A DNA stretch of 64,000 nt from an uncultured Verrucomicrobiae bacterium (GCA_963764165.1 CAVXRD010000002.1:3424001-3488000); one strand, 5' to 3'; positions 52,015-63,708 are shown, counted from the stretch's first letter. The notes: generated by a model not told the origin, from the letters alone. Program-made: numbers and translations.

Positions 52015-52190
52015 AATCTGGAACTCAGGAAATCAGGAAAAAACTGACATCGGTTTTCATGCGAATCTTGAATTCGCATCCATTTGATTGAATAGCTGTG
52101 CAAATTCTTTTCAACCTCCAGCTCTCGGAAATCACTTTCAAGGCGAGAGCGATCGAGAGCCTCTTTTCCTGAATTCCTGAGTTCCAGATT
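52015..52190. repeat. MITE-like element with 27-bp IRs built from 8-nt-period units
   Basis: aatctggaactcaggaaatcaggaaaa and ttttcctgaattcctgagttccagatt match 26/27. Confidence 0.85.
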
Positions 52191-52265
52191 CAATCCATTT
52201 CCCCACCCCCACTTGCCTTGCGGCGCGGCGGAAGGCATCTTGTGGGGACAGGTTGCAACTGTCGT

Positions 52266-53315
52266 ATGAATTCCGCGGATATCCTAACTAACCGCTCCCA
52301 TCCGTATTATCGGACCTTCTGGCTGGCGGCCAGCTTGGTGATTGTGGCCATTGTCGGGGTGGCGGATTATCTGACCGGGTTCGAGCGGAACTTCTTCGCC
52401 TTTTATTTGATACCGATCATCATCGCGGTCTGGTGCGTGAGCCGTGGATACGGGATTTTTGTTTCGGCTTTGTGCGCGGTCGTCTCGCTGGCGGGCGATA
52501 TCAAGGCGGGTGCGCATTACTCCAGCCCGTTTGTGCCCATGTGGAATCTGGCCATCGCGCTGATTCTGTTTTTTGTGGTCATCTGGATTTCAGCGCGGCT
52601 GCGGACATTGCATTACGATCTAGAAGAAAGGGTGCGCCAGCGAACTTCCGCCCTGCACGACGAAATGCAGCGCCGGGTGAAGCTCGAGGAGGAAATCTTG
52701 AGCATCAGCGAACGCGAGCAGCAGCGCATTGGCCGCGATTTGCACGACAGCCTTTGCCAGCATCTGACCGGCGTCGCGCTGGCGGGCGAGGTGCTGAGCG
52801 AACAAATGGCGGCCAAATCCTTGCCGGAGGTGAAGGCGATGGGCCATATCGTCAAAATGGTGGAAGGCGCCATTGAGTTGACACGAACTTTGGCCCGCGG
52901 CCTGCACCCGATGGAATTAAAGGGCGAGGGATTCGTGGACGCGCTGCGGGAATTGACCTCCTCAATGGACGATGGATTGAACCGGCATTGCGTCTTTGAG
53001 TGCGAAAGTCCGGTCGAGATTTGCGAAGCCGGCGTGGCGACGCATCTGTATCGAATCGCCCAGGAAGCGCTTAACAATGCTGTCAAACATAGCCGCGCCA
53101 GGGAGGTTGCCGTCCGGCTGGAAACCGGCGAGGACGGCCTGACGCTCCAGATTTGCGATGATGGCATTGGATTGGGCGCGAACGCGGCACCCGGCATGGG
53201 CCTCCGCACGATGGCCTATCGCGCCAGCGTCATCGGCGCCGACTTCAAAATAGAGCGGCGCGAAAACAACGGCACGTGCGTCTCTTGCAAATTGCCGAAT
53301 GACTGCTTTAATTAA
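52266..53315 (+). CDS. Membrane sensor histidine kinase (HisKA_3, NarX/UhpB type)
   Basis: 4 TM segments, EQQRIGRDLHDSLCQHL, YRIAQEALNNAVKH, DDGIG and GMGL. Confidence 0.93.
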   Translation: MNSADILTNRSHPYYRTFWLAASLVIVAIVGVADYLTGFERNFFAFYLIPIIIAVWCVSRGYGIFVSALCAVVSLAGDIKAGAHYSSPFVPMWNLAIALILFFVVIWISARLRTLHYDLEERVRQRTSALHDEMQRRVKLEEEILSISEREQQRIGRDLHDSLCQHLTGVALAGEVLSEQMAAKSLPEVKAMGHIVKMVEGAIELTRTLARGLHPMELKGEGFVDALRELTSSMDDGLNRHCVFECESPVEICEAGVATHLYRIAQEALNNAVKHSRAREVAVRLETGEDGLTLQICDDGIGLGANAAPGMGLRTMAYRASVIGADFKIERRENNGTCVSCKLPNDCFN

Positions 53316-53322
53316 TTGACCC

Positions 53323-53979
53323 ATGGCACTGAAGGCGAAAATTCTGCTGGTTGACGATCATCCCATGGTGCGCGAATGGCTTGGCACCTTGATCAACCAG
53401 CAAGCAGACATGGAGGTTTGCGGCGAAGCGGACACGGCCCCGAAAGCCTTGCAGCTCGTTGCTTCCTTGAAACCGCGAGTCGCCGTGGTGGATATTTCCA
53501 TGGAAGGCGGCTCGGGGCTGGAGTTGATCAAGAACGTCAAGGCAGCCCATCCCGAAACCACCGTCATCGTCCTCTCGATGCACGATGAAACGCTTTATGC
53601 CGAACGCGCCCTTCGGGCCGGCGCCCGCGGCTACATCATGAAACGCGAAGCCACCAAGGGTGTGCTGCAAGGCATCCGGACGGTTCTTAACGGGAAACTC
53701 TACGTCAGCGAAAAGCTGGCCATGATCATTGCTGAAAAATTTGTTGACGCAAAGCCCAAGCCAGCCGGCTCCATTGTCGATCAACTGAGCGACCGCGAAC
53801 TGGAGGTTTTCGATTTGCTCGGGCGCGGCCTCGGCACGCGCCGGATCGCGGAAGAGCTTCACATCAGTGTCAAAACCGTCCAGGCATTTTGCGCGCGCAT
53901 CAAGGAAAAGCTGCAGTTGGCGGACGCGACGGAATTGCTGCATGAAGCCCTCCGCTGGCACGAGGCGCAGCAAAGATAG
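53323..53979 (+). CDS. NarL/LuxR-family response regulator
   Basis: LLVDDHPMVR, VDISM and the LSDRELEVF..IAEELHISVKTV HTH. Confidence 0.95.
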   Translation: MALKAKILLVDDHPMVREWLGTLINQQADMEVCGEADTAPKALQLVASLKPRVAVVDISMEGGSGLELIKNVKAAHPETTVIVLSMHDETLYAERALRAGARGYIMKREATKGVLQGIRTVLNGKLYVSEKLAMIIAEKFVDAKPKPAGSIVDQLSDRELEVFDLLGRGLGTRRIAEELHISVKTVQAFCARIKEKLQLADATELLHEALRWHEAQQR

Positions 53980-54453
53980 CGCGCAACCCGTTCAGGCCCG
54001 ACGCATCCAAACGACTCCCGGTTTGAAATCCCGATGGATGAACCCGCTTTCGCGCGCCGCCGTGTTAAGAAGTTTTTAACGCCCCCGCGCCGCCTTTTAA
54101 CTACCGCCCTCGCCCTGCCAGTGTCACGTTGACAACAGCAGTCGGCGCATTACCCGCGCAACTTTATGAACGAATTTATTATTGCCGGCGCGATCATCGC
54201 ATTCTTTGCCATCGCAGCGGCGCACACGCGATGCCCGCGCTGTACTATGGCATCCTACAGCAACTTTAGGTCGCATCCTACAGACGTAGAAACTTTCCAC
54301 ATTTACTCTAAGGCAAGCTAAGCGTAATAAAGCGCGAGTTGACAGGGAAGGGTGTGCTCGCTCCGGTCTTACGCGGTGCCCAAATTCGCGGGCCGAAGCG
54401 AGTCTGACTCGTTGCCAAAAGGGCCACCCCGGACGTCGGCAATTCGTCCAGCG

Positions 54454-55819
54454 ATGAAGCAAAAACTTTCGATACTTGACAAAAGTTTCGCCGCGTTCAA
54501 ACGCGGCGCGATGATGCTTTGTCTGGCACTGCCCGCATTGATCTCAGACCCGGCTTCCGCCGAGCCGGACACCAACAATGGCCCTGCCACGATCTCGCTC
54601 GCCGAAGCCCGCGAACTCGCCTTCACGAAAAATTGGGATTTGCTGGCCGCCAAGGCTGGCATTGACGCCGCCGCCGCGCAATTGATCGTGGCCAAGGAAT
54701 ATCCCAATCCCACGGCGTCGCTTTCGACTTTTTACATCGGCGCCGGCCAGGCTGGAACCGCGGTGGGCAACGGCTTGTGGCAGCGGAGTTACGACACGAT
54801 TTTTTCTGTCAATCAATTGGTTGAAATCGCGGGCAAGCGCCATGACCGCCAGACCGCCGCCCGCGAAGGCATCATCGGCGCGAAGGCGCGATTCTATGAC
54901 GCCAAGCGAATGCTTGAGCAGGGCGTGACCAAGGCCTACATCGCCGCTCAACTGGCGCAGGAAAACGTCCGCATCTTGAATGAATCTTCGCGCTTATTGC
55001 AGCACGAGGCGGACATTGCGGGCGCCCGATTCAAGGCCGGCGATTTGTCGGATTCAGACAAGAAACAAATTGAGATCACCGCCGAGCAATTCGCGTTGCA
55101 GGCGAAATCGGCTGAGGCAACCGCCATCCAGGCGCGCATCGCGCTCGAAGTCTTGATGGGGATTCCCAAGCCCACGGCAAACGTGACTCTATCCGATTCG
55201 CTGACAAATCTCGTTGCCGCGCCCCTTCCCGAGACGACCAACGCGAGCCCCGACACCGCCCGCCCGGACGTCCTCGCGGCGGAGGCGGATTTAAGAAGCG
55301 CGCGAGCCAATCTCAAACTGCAGAGGGCCATTCGCATTCCCGATCCGACGATCGAACTCGCCTACCAGCATCAGCCGCCCACGGGCGGAGGCGGTCCGCC
55401 GGATGACACGCTGGGCGTGGGAGTCAGCTTTCCGCTGCCGATTTGGAACTTGAACGGCGGCAACATCAAATCCGCCCAAGCCAGCGTCGATCAGGTACTG
55501 GACGGCGGCCGGCAAAGCGCGCATGCAAGTGCAAGCCGACATCTCCAACGCTGAAAGCGAATACGACGAAGCGCGCGCGCGCTGGCGAAGTTACGTTGAG
55601 AAGACGGCGCCCAAGTCCACCAGTGTCCGCCAGTCGGTGGCGTTTGCGTATGAAAAAGGCGGCTCTTCGCTCGTCGATTTGCTGGACGCCGAACGGACGG
55701 ACAACGACGTCCGCCTGGCGACCGTCCAGGCGATGGCGGACACGGCCAGCGCCATGGCGGACCTCTCCGCCGCGCGCAACGTCGTCAGCCAATCGAAATT
55801 GAACGCCAGAAAAGAATGA
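54454..55819 (+). pseudogene. czcC: CzcC/TolC-family outer-membrane efflux protein with a +1 frameshift near 55494
   Basis: First part: PNPT, RPDVLAA and GVSFPLPIWN. The C-terminus (YEKGGSSLVDLLDAER) is in another frame. Deleting one G of cagg (55494-55495) restores ..VDQYWTAAGKARMQVQADI.. Confidence 0.85.
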
Positions 55820-56982
55820 CCATGAATATTTTGAAAGCCTTGCTGTGCGCGGGAATCGTGGTTCTCGCCGCTGGCTGCAAGAAGGAGAAAGTCGAAAGCT
55901 TTCCACGCCCGCCGGAACCGAAGATTCAAGGCGAGAAAGTTGTGTTTGACACCAACGCGCCGCAATTGGCCTTCGTTTCAGTGCAGGCGGCGCAGCCGCG
56001 CACGAATTCGGTTTCTCACGTCACGGGCCGGCTGGGTTGGGATGAAGACACGACAGTCGGCGTGTTCTCGCCGGTGGCGGGCCGGGTCGTCCGCATTAAG
56101 GCTGACTTAGGGGAACACGTTTCAGTTGGAACGCCGCTGGCGGAAATTGATTCGCCGGATTTTGCCCAAGCCGTCGCCAACGCCCGCACGTCCGCTGGAA
56201 GCCTTGCAGCGGCCGACAAGGCTTACTCGCGCAGCAAAGAACTTCTGGCCCACGGCGCCGCGGCTGCGAAAGACGTCGAGGCTGCCGAGGCCGCTTACAT
56301 TGCGGCCCTGGCGGAAAAGGACCGCGCCCGGGCGGTGCTGGCCAATTATGGGGGGACGGACAAGTGCACCAATGGCGTTTACATTTTGCGCAGCCCGATT
56401 GCCGGCGTGCTGGTGGAAAAAAACATCAGCCTCGGCCAGGAACTTCGGGCGGACCAGATGCTCGCCAACGCGCCCAATCTCTTCGCCCCGAATTTCATTG
56501 TCAGTGATCCGAGCAAGCTGTGGCTGCAATTGGATGTGTCGGAATCCGACCTGTCGACGCTGAAAATTGGCCAGCATCTCAAAATTCATTCCCGCTCCTT
56601 TCCAGACAAGGTCTTCGATGGAACGCTGGAACGCATCGGCGAAACGATGGACGCCAGCACCCGCACCGTCAAGGTGCGCGGCTCTGTCAACAATTCCGAG
56701 AACTTGCTAAAGGCGGAGATGTATGTCCTGGCCGATATTGTCGATGACGCCTCCAAAAATGGCTCGCTGGGAGTGGAGATTTCCTCGAAGGCGCTCTTCA
56801 TGAAAGGCGACGATTCCTACGTTTTCCTCGAAGACGCCCCGGGAACTTACGAGCGCAAACAAGTCAAAGTCGGCTTGGAAAAAGACGGCAAGGTTCCCGT
56901 TTTCGACGGCGTCAGCGCCGGGCAGAAAGTGGTCGTTGAAGGCGCGCTGCTCTTGCAGGCGCTGGTGGAGCCTTCGACATAA
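55816..56982 (+). CDS. czcB: CzcB/CusB-family RND periplasmic adaptor
   Basis: Lipobox LAAGC, VFSPVAGRV, LRSPIAG, TRTVKVR and LKAEMY. Confidence 0.88.
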   Translation: MTMNILKALLCAGIVVLAAGCKKEKVESFPRPPEPKIQGEKVVFDTNAPQLAFVSVQAAQPRTNSVSHVTGRLGWDEDTTVGVFSPVAGRVVRIKADLGEHVSVGTPLAEIDSPDFAQAVANARTSAGSLAAADKAYSRSKELLAHGAAAAKDVEAAEAAYIAALAEKDRARAVLANYGGTDKCTNGVYILRSPIAGVLVEKNISLGQELRADQMLANAPNLFAPNFIVSDPSKLWLQLDVSESDLSTLKIGQHLKIHSRSFPDKVFDGTLERIGETMDASTRTVKVRGSVNNSENLLKAEMYVLADIVDDASKNGSLGVEISSKALFMKGDDSYVFLEDAPGTYERKQVKVGLEKDGKVPVFDGVSAGQKVVVEGALLLQALVEPST

Positions 56983-57012
56983 TTTTGCGACTGATTTGAC
57001 CCCGCTCGCCTC

Positions 57013-60000
57013 ATGATCAACGTCCTGACAACAAAAGCCCTGCACAATCGCGCCATCGTGATCGCGCTGATGTGCGTGTTTATCTTTTGCGGGGCGATGG
57101 CCTTCCACGAAATTCCCGTCGAGGCTTACCCGGACGTGACCAACGTGAGCGTCCAGGTGCTGACTCTGTTTCCCGGACACGCCGCGGAGGAAGTCGAGCG
57201 GCTCATCACGATCCCCATAGAAAACGTGATGAATGGAATTCCCAAGCGCGTGTCGATGCGCTCGATTTCGGAATTCGGCCTGTCGCAAATCACGATCGTT
57301 TTCGAGGATGACGCGGAGAATGCCTACGTCCGCAATCTGGCCAGTCAATTATTGGGAACGGTGACGCTTCCCTCCGGCGCGCAGGCGTCCCTTTCGCCGG
57401 ACGCGACTCCGATCGGCGAGGTCTATCGCTACACGATGCGCGCCGTGCCAGGCTTCCCGGCCGAGGAAGTTCGCGCGCTGGAAGATTGGGTGGTGGAGAA
57501 GAAAATGCGCTCGGTCCCGGGCGTGGTGGATGTGAATCCGTTCGGCGGATTGACCAAGCAATACCAGGTGCTGGTCGATCCGCTGAAGCTGCGATCGTAC
57601 GGATTGAATTTGTCGCAAGTTTTCACCGCGCTCTCGAACGGCAACGCCAACGCTGGCGGCTCCTATGTCGAGCACGGGACGGAACTTTACATTGTGCGCG
57701 GGCTCGGGCTGATCAACAGCGTTTCCGATATTGAAAAAATCACCGTTGCAACAGTCAACGGCACACCGATTCACATTAGCGACGTGGGGCGCGTCATCAT
57801 CGGCCATGCCAACCGCCTCGGGCGGGTCGGCCGGACGGAAGGCGCCAAAGATGAAGATGATGTGCCGGAAGACATTGTCGTGATGCGAAAAGGGGAGAAT
57901 CCGTTGGAAGTCTGCCGCCGCATCGACAAAATGGCCGACGAGGTCAACGAGAAATACCTGCCGCCCGGCGTGCGCTTGGTCAAGTATTATGACCGCACCG
58001 GCCTGACGGAGCGCACGCTTCATACCGTCGGCCACAACATGATCGAAGGCATCGCTCTGGTGCTCTTCGTGCTCTTTCTGTTTCTGGGTCTTGGCAATTG
58101 GCGCTCAGCGCTGGTGGTGGCGCTGGCGGTGCCATTCGCACTGCTCGGAGCATTTCTCCTGCTGGATCTGCGCGGCATTCCCGCCAACCTCATTTCGATG
58201 GGCGCCATTGATTTTGGGATCATCGTCGATTCCGCCGTCGTGGTGATGGAAAACCTCCTCCGCATCCTCGAGGAGAGGCGCGGAAAAATTCATTCGCTCA
58301 ACGCCGCCATTCTCGAAGCCACCACTGAAATGGGCCGCCCGATCATCTTTTCCAAGGTCATTTTGCTGACCGCATTTATTCCGCTTTTCACCATGCAGCG
58401 CGTCGAGGGCCGCATTTTCAAACCCATGGCGCTGACACTGACGTTCGCGCTGATTACCGGGACGATTTTTGCGATTCTCATCGTGCCACCGCTGGCCAGC
58501 GTGGCGCTGCGCCGCCTGAAAATCGCGGCGCATGAAGCGTGGATCGTGCGCAAGCTTGTGGGCGGCTACCGCCCCTCTTTGAATTACGCGCTCCGCGTTC
58601 CGAAACTCGTGTATATCATCTCCGCCATCGCTTTGTTGCTTGGCGCTTTTGTTTACACGCGTCTGGGAAGCGAGTTCCTGCCGAAACTAGATGAGGGCGA
58701 TTTGTGGGTGCGGACGTTTGTGCCGCAATCCATCTCGCCCTCCGAATCGGCCAAGATCACGCAGCAGGTTCGCAAGATCATGGCTTCGTTCCCGGAGGTG
58801 CGATACGTCGTCAGCCAGATCGGGCGGCCGGACGACGGCACGGACGTCAACGGCTGGGATATTTCCGAATACAGCGTCGGCCTGAAACCGCGCCAGGAAT
58901 GGAAGACCGCGCATTCGCGGGAAAAATTGTGCGAGGCGATGGATGCCAAAATCCGCGCCATTCCCGGGATCGACACGCAGTTCAGCCAATACATCGAAGA
59001 CAACGTCAACGAAGCGGTGTCCGGCATTAAAAGCGAGCTGGCCATCAAAATTTTCGGGCCGGACACGACGAAGCTTCAGGAAATCGCCGACCAGATTGTG
59101 GATATTGTCAAAAATGTGCCCGGCGCATCTGATGTCGGCACGGATCGCCTGCTCGGCCAGCCGCAAATTCAAATCACGATCGACCGCGCCGCCATTGGCC
59201 GCTACGGGCTGGCGGTGGCGGACATTCAAACCGTGGTCGCCACAGCCATCGGCGGCCAGGCTGCCACGCAAGTGCTGGAGGGTGAGCGCTCGTTCGATCT
59301 TGTCGTGCGCTTGAATCCCCAGTCGGTGGCGGATTTGGAGTCAATTCGGAACATTCCCATCTTCGGTTCCAACGGCGAACGGATCACGCTTGGGACGCTG
59401 GCTTCGGTGGATGCGCGGCCCGGCTTGAACCTTATTGACCGCGAGGAAAATGAGCGCCGCACCGCCGTGAAAATTTCCGTGCGCGACCGCGACCTTGGCT
59501 CGCTCGTCGCGGAAGCGGAGCAGAAAGTCAACGCCAAGGTGCATTTGCCAACGGGCTACCGGCTGGTTTGGACGGGCGCATTCGAGAATGAAAAACGGGC
59601 GGAGCGCCGCCTGGCGGTGGTGGTGCCGATCACGATTGCGGCGATTTTCTTTTTGCTCTTCATCGCGTTTGATTCGGGAAAATTTGCTTCATTGATATTA
59701 TTGACAGTTCCCTTCGCGGCCGTTGGCGGATTGATCGCGCTGCTGGCGGCGGATTTGAATATGTCGGTGGCGGCGCTGGTGGGCTTTGTGGCGCTGTTCG
59801 GCGTTTCGATTCAGAACAGCGTCATCCTCGTCACCCGCATCCGTGAACTGCGCAGGGATGGCTTGGACATGGGGGTGGCCATTCGCGAAGGCGCGACCTC
59901 GCGTGTGCGGCCGATGGTGATGACGGCGCTGATGGCGCTGCTGGGATTGCTACCGATGGCGCTTTCCAGTGGCGTTGGCGCAGAAACGGCGCGGCCATTC

Positions 60001-60162
60001 GCGGTGGTTATCATTGGCGGCTTGATCACCGGAACGGTTTTGACGCTTTTCCTGTTGCCTCTTCTCTATCCCTCGTTCGAATCCGATGAAGACCGGGCAG
60101 CGCATTCGGCAAACGCGGACGAATTGCGCCGCAGCCAAGGCGGTTCGCCCGCCTCGGCGTAA
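57013..60162 (+). CDS. czcA: CzcA/CusA-family heavy-metal-type RND permease
   Basis: VEAYPDVTN, GAIDFGIIVD, EGRIFKPMA, EFLPKLDEG and RVRPMVMTA. Confidence 0.93.
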   Translation: MINVLTTKALHNRAIVIALMCVFIFCGAMAFHEIPVEAYPDVTNVSVQVLTLFPGHAAEEVERLITIPIENVMNGIPKRVSMRSISEFGLSQITIVFEDDAENAYVRNLASQLLGTVTLPSGAQASLSPDATPIGEVYRYTMRAVPGFPAEEVRALEDWVVEKKMRSVPGVVDVNPFGGLTKQYQVLVDPLKLRSYGLNLSQVFTALSNGNANAGGSYVEHGTELYIVRGLGLINSVSDIEKITVATVNGTPIHISDVGRVIIGHANRLGRVGRTEGAKDEDDVPEDIVVMRKGENPLEVCRRIDKMADEVNEKYLPPGVRLVKYYDRTGLTERTLHTVGHNMIEGIALVLFVLFLFLGLGNWRSALVVALAVPFALLGAFLLLDLRGIPANLISMGAIDFGIIVDSAVVVMENLLRILEERRGKIHSLNAAILEATTEMGRPIIFSKVILLTAFIPLFTMQRVEGRIFKPMALTLTFALITGTIFAILIVPPLASVALRRLKIAAHEAWIVRKLVGGYRPSLNYALRVPKLVYIISAIALLLGAFVYTRLGSEFLPKLDEGDLWVRTFVPQSISPSESAKITQQVRKIMASFPEVRYVVSQIGRPDDGTDVNGWDISEYSVGLKPRQEWKTAHSREKLCEAMDAKIRAIPGIDTQFSQYIEDNVNEAVSGIKSELAIKIFGPDTTKLQEIADQIVDIVKNVPGASDVGTDRLLGQPQIQITIDRAAIGRYGLAVADIQTVVATAIGGQAATQVLEGERSFDLVVRLNPQSVADLESIRNIPIFGSNGERITLGTLASVDARPGLNLIDREENERRTAVKISVRDRDLGSLVAEAEQKVNAKVHLPTGYRLVWTGAFENEKRAERRLAVVVPITIAAIFFLLFIAFDSGKFASLILLTVPFAAVGGLIALLAADLNMSVAALVGFVALFGVSIQNSVILVTRIRELRRDGLDMGVAIREGATSRVRPMVMTALMALLGLLPMALSSGVGAETARPFAVVIIGGLITGTVLTLFLLPLLYPSFESDEDRAAHSANADELRRSQGGSPASA

Positions 60163-60270
60163 CGCAGCCGAACCTCGCCCGGATGCCGGAGGCATCACAG
60201 CTTGCATCCTGCCGGGATGCGGACCGCCGCACTCAACGGCCAAGTCCATCGCTCGCCCTATCATCCGCCA

Positions 60271-63200
60271 CTACGGCGCCAGGATCACGCGATAGTATTG
60301 CGCCTTGTTGGTGGCGTTTTTGTCAACTATAATGAACGAATTGGTGGCCGTGCTGTTGGTGACAAAGAGCGCGGTCCAATTTGCCGCCAGCAAATTCGTG
60401 CTCGTTTCCACAAGGTAGTCCTGGTTGGCGGAGCCGGTGAGGCGCAATTGGAACTGGCCGTTAGACAATTTAATCGCCGCCAATCCCGGGTGGAGCACCG
60501 GGCTTGTGACCAGCTTGAAGGTGCGCGTCAGCGTCAGCGCATTATGATCTGTCAAGCGCACGACGAAACTGTTTGTCCCGGCTGCCGAGGGCACGCCGGA
60601 AAGAAGGCCGTTGGTCGAAAGCGTGATGGAAGCTGGCGGCTGCTGTGATCCGTTGGCGATGGTCCAAGCATAGGGCGGCGTGCCGCCGGATGCTTGAAGC
60701 TGGTTCGAAATAATAAACTCCCGCAGTGGCGCTGGGCAGGGTGGATGCGGTGGTGATCTGCAGGTTCGCCGCGCCAACTGTGATGGTAAAATCGGCCTGC
60801 GCCTCAAACTGCTCGTCGTAAAGAATGAAGGTGAATGTGAATGATCCGCTGTTGGTGGGCGTGCCGGAAATCAGAAAAACTTGGTTAGAGCTGGTCGTCA
60901 AGCCGTAAGAGATATTCAGTCCCGGCGGAAAGTTCCCAAGCAACTGGTAACCGTTGTAGTAGCCGGTGCCGCCGGAGCCCGCGAATTGCGCATTGTAAGG
61001 AGTGCCAACGGTTCCGCTCGGCAGGGCATTGCTGGAAAGGAGCAGAGGAGGAAAAACAGCCATCGATAAAAATTGGCTGGTGGCATTTCCCAAGTTGTCA
61101 GTCACGTCCAACAGGAAATAATTGGTGCCAAGATCCGCCGCCGTGACCGAGCCATAAACAACCCCGCCGGGAAAAAGATTGATTCCGGGCGGCAACGGCA
61201 GCGAGCCGGAGTCCAGCGACCAAACGTAGGGCGCCTGCCCCCCGGAAGCTATCACTGGCTGGAAGTAGGGCATGCCGACAAGCACATCCGGCAGGGAAGC
61301 CGTCAGGATTTCGAGGGCGCTGGAGGAGCTGCCAGGCTGCACCGTGAAATCCACCTCCGCGCTATCCGCGTTGATGTTGGTGATTCCGTCGCTGATGCAG
61401 GCGTAGCCCCGCGAGTTTAGCCCTGGGCATGAGAGGCTGACCTCCCAGTAGCCGTTTGTCACAACAAAGGCATAGTATCCGTTCTGATCGGTCGTCGTGG
61501 AATAGCTGGCTCCGCCGCCGGCGTTGGTGGCAGTCACCGCCAAGCCCCCCACGGCGTTGCCGAATGCATCATCCACCCAGCCGAAAAGGTTGCCCGAGCC
61601 GCCGCCGTTCGATTGCGCGGCGAAGTCCAGTTCAGCCGAACCGCTTGAAAGAGTTACATTCGCGTCATTGACGCATTGATAGTTTAGCGAATTCAAACCG
61701 CCGCAATCCACATTCACGTTATAGGTTCCGTAGGGAACGGTAATCGAGTAATAGCCATTGCCGCCCGTGGTGGTGGAATAACCCTGCCCGCTGCATTGAT
61801 CCTGCAAATTGACCGATATCCCACTGATTCCCGCCCCGCTGGAAGCATCGGTTAGGTAGCCAAAAATCTGTCCCGATCCGCCGGATGTTACTTGTATGTT
61901 TACGCCGGTGGCGTTGTTGTTGGAAATGGTGACGTTCGGACCGCACGGGCACACGAAGTTGTTATTGCCGAGAATGCTTTGCAGGCTGTTGTTATTACCA
62001 TGGCAATTCACGTTGACGCTCCAGACGCCGTTGCCAACAAGCAGTGAATAATCGCCGTTGTTGTCCGTGATCGTCTGGGCCTGGAAACCGTTTGTATCCT
62101 GCGTGTTGGCGTTGATCGTCAAGCCGGCGAGGTTGGCGCCGTCGTACTGGACGTTGCCGGAAATATAATTCTCCGCTGGCTCAGCCGAGATATTCACCTC
62201 GATGGCCTGGCCAACGCCGATATTGGTGCTGCCGTTGGAATCAGACAGCGGTTGCGAAAAATTGTAGTCAGGAAATGCCCCGGCGTTCTCCACATTCACC
62301 TGCCATTGATCGTTCAGCCCCAGACCGCCGACCACCGCGATGACGAAGCTTCCGTTTGTAAACGTATAGCCATCCGATTGATAGGTATTATTGTAGTTGG
62401 TGAAGTTCTGGTCTTCCGCATAAAACTGAGCCACTCCCGGAATAGGATTGCCGGAAACGTCCTTAAGCGTTCCGTAAACGAGCGCCGTGGCTTTAGGAAG
62501 GGAGATGGTTACATTTGACACGCTTCCGTTGGTCGTGCTGAGGGCGGGTTTGTTTGCGAGTCCCACATAGCCGGCAAAGGCCTCGGCAGCGCTGTCGCCA
62601 CCAATTTGCCACTGGCTGGCAGTCACTCCCACGCTGAAACCGCCGTTGGTGTCGGTGTGCGTGATGGCCAGCAATCCAAGGCTTTTGTTCTGCGCCGCCA
62701 AAAGAAACCCCGGCAATCCCGCGCCGGTATTGGCGTCGACAACGCGGCCGGAAATTGTTTGCGTGGCGGGAATCAGGGTTAAATTGGTGGTGATCGTAGC
62801 GCCGCCGCCCAAGACCAAGCCGGAAACCGCCGCGGCGGAAGCCACAAAGCTGCTCTGAAAAGACACGAGGCCATACGTTCCCGGAGGCGCGGAAATCGAG
62901 TAAACGCCCGAACTATTGGCCACCGTCCCGCCGACTGGATTGACGGAATCACTGCCGCCCTGCGGCTGCAATAAGAGCACCGCCGCGTATGGAACAGGCA
63001 CGCCATTGCTCAGCACTGTGCCGGTGAGCTTTTGGGGATAGGAAACATTCGTTACCGCGAACGCATTTGTAATCGGTGTGAACGCGTTGGACGGGCTGGA
63101 AAGCCGAAATAAATAATTCCCGATAATGAGCTGGGAAAAGTCCATTTGCAGAAACAGTTTTGCGGTAATTTGACCGGCCACGGTGTCCGTGTCGCCCGGC

Positions 63201-63502
63201 ACATTGAAATTCGTGACCCCGCCGATGACCATGCCCGCTTGCCCATCGGTCAAATTAAACTGTTGCAACAGCGTGTCCCCAGCGTCGATAACGCCATTGT
63301 TATTGGCATCCAGATACTTCTGAACAATGACGCTGGCGCCAGTGGGCAATCCGCTGACGACCAGAGCAATAACTCCGGGATAGGTGTTGCCGACCGCAGC
63401 CGGAGTCTCGGCAAAACCGACGGCTGCCCAACCGCTCTGACAAATCAAAAGCAGCGCGCTCAAAAGGGCGAGCTGCGAACGGAATCTGGATCGTGCCATC
63501 AT
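60271..63502 (-). pseudogene. Large secreted surface protein (carboxypeptidase-regulatory-like and putative Ig repeats) with a +1 frameshift near 60709
   Basis: Signal peptide, repeated TTD.NG.Y beta-sandwiches and ASGG.APY.W..G.LPPG Ig repeats. Deleting one base of aaa (60708-60710) joins ..ATAGVYY to SNQLQASGGTPPYAW.. ending at 60271. The start is uncertain. Confidence 0.82.
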
Positions 63503-63708
63503 GCGGGCGATCATCACGAAGCTTTCTTGCGCGTACATACGTCTTCTCTGTTGCGTTATTTTTGCTCTAAGAGACACACGTCTCCAATCTTAAGAAGCGG
63601 CGTTTTCAGGGAAATCGTGTCAAAAAAGTGAAAATATCTTTTCAGCCGGCCAGTTCGCGCGCGAACCTTCGAAAAGGTTCGCCACGGCCATCTCATGCAA
63701 CCTCTTCC

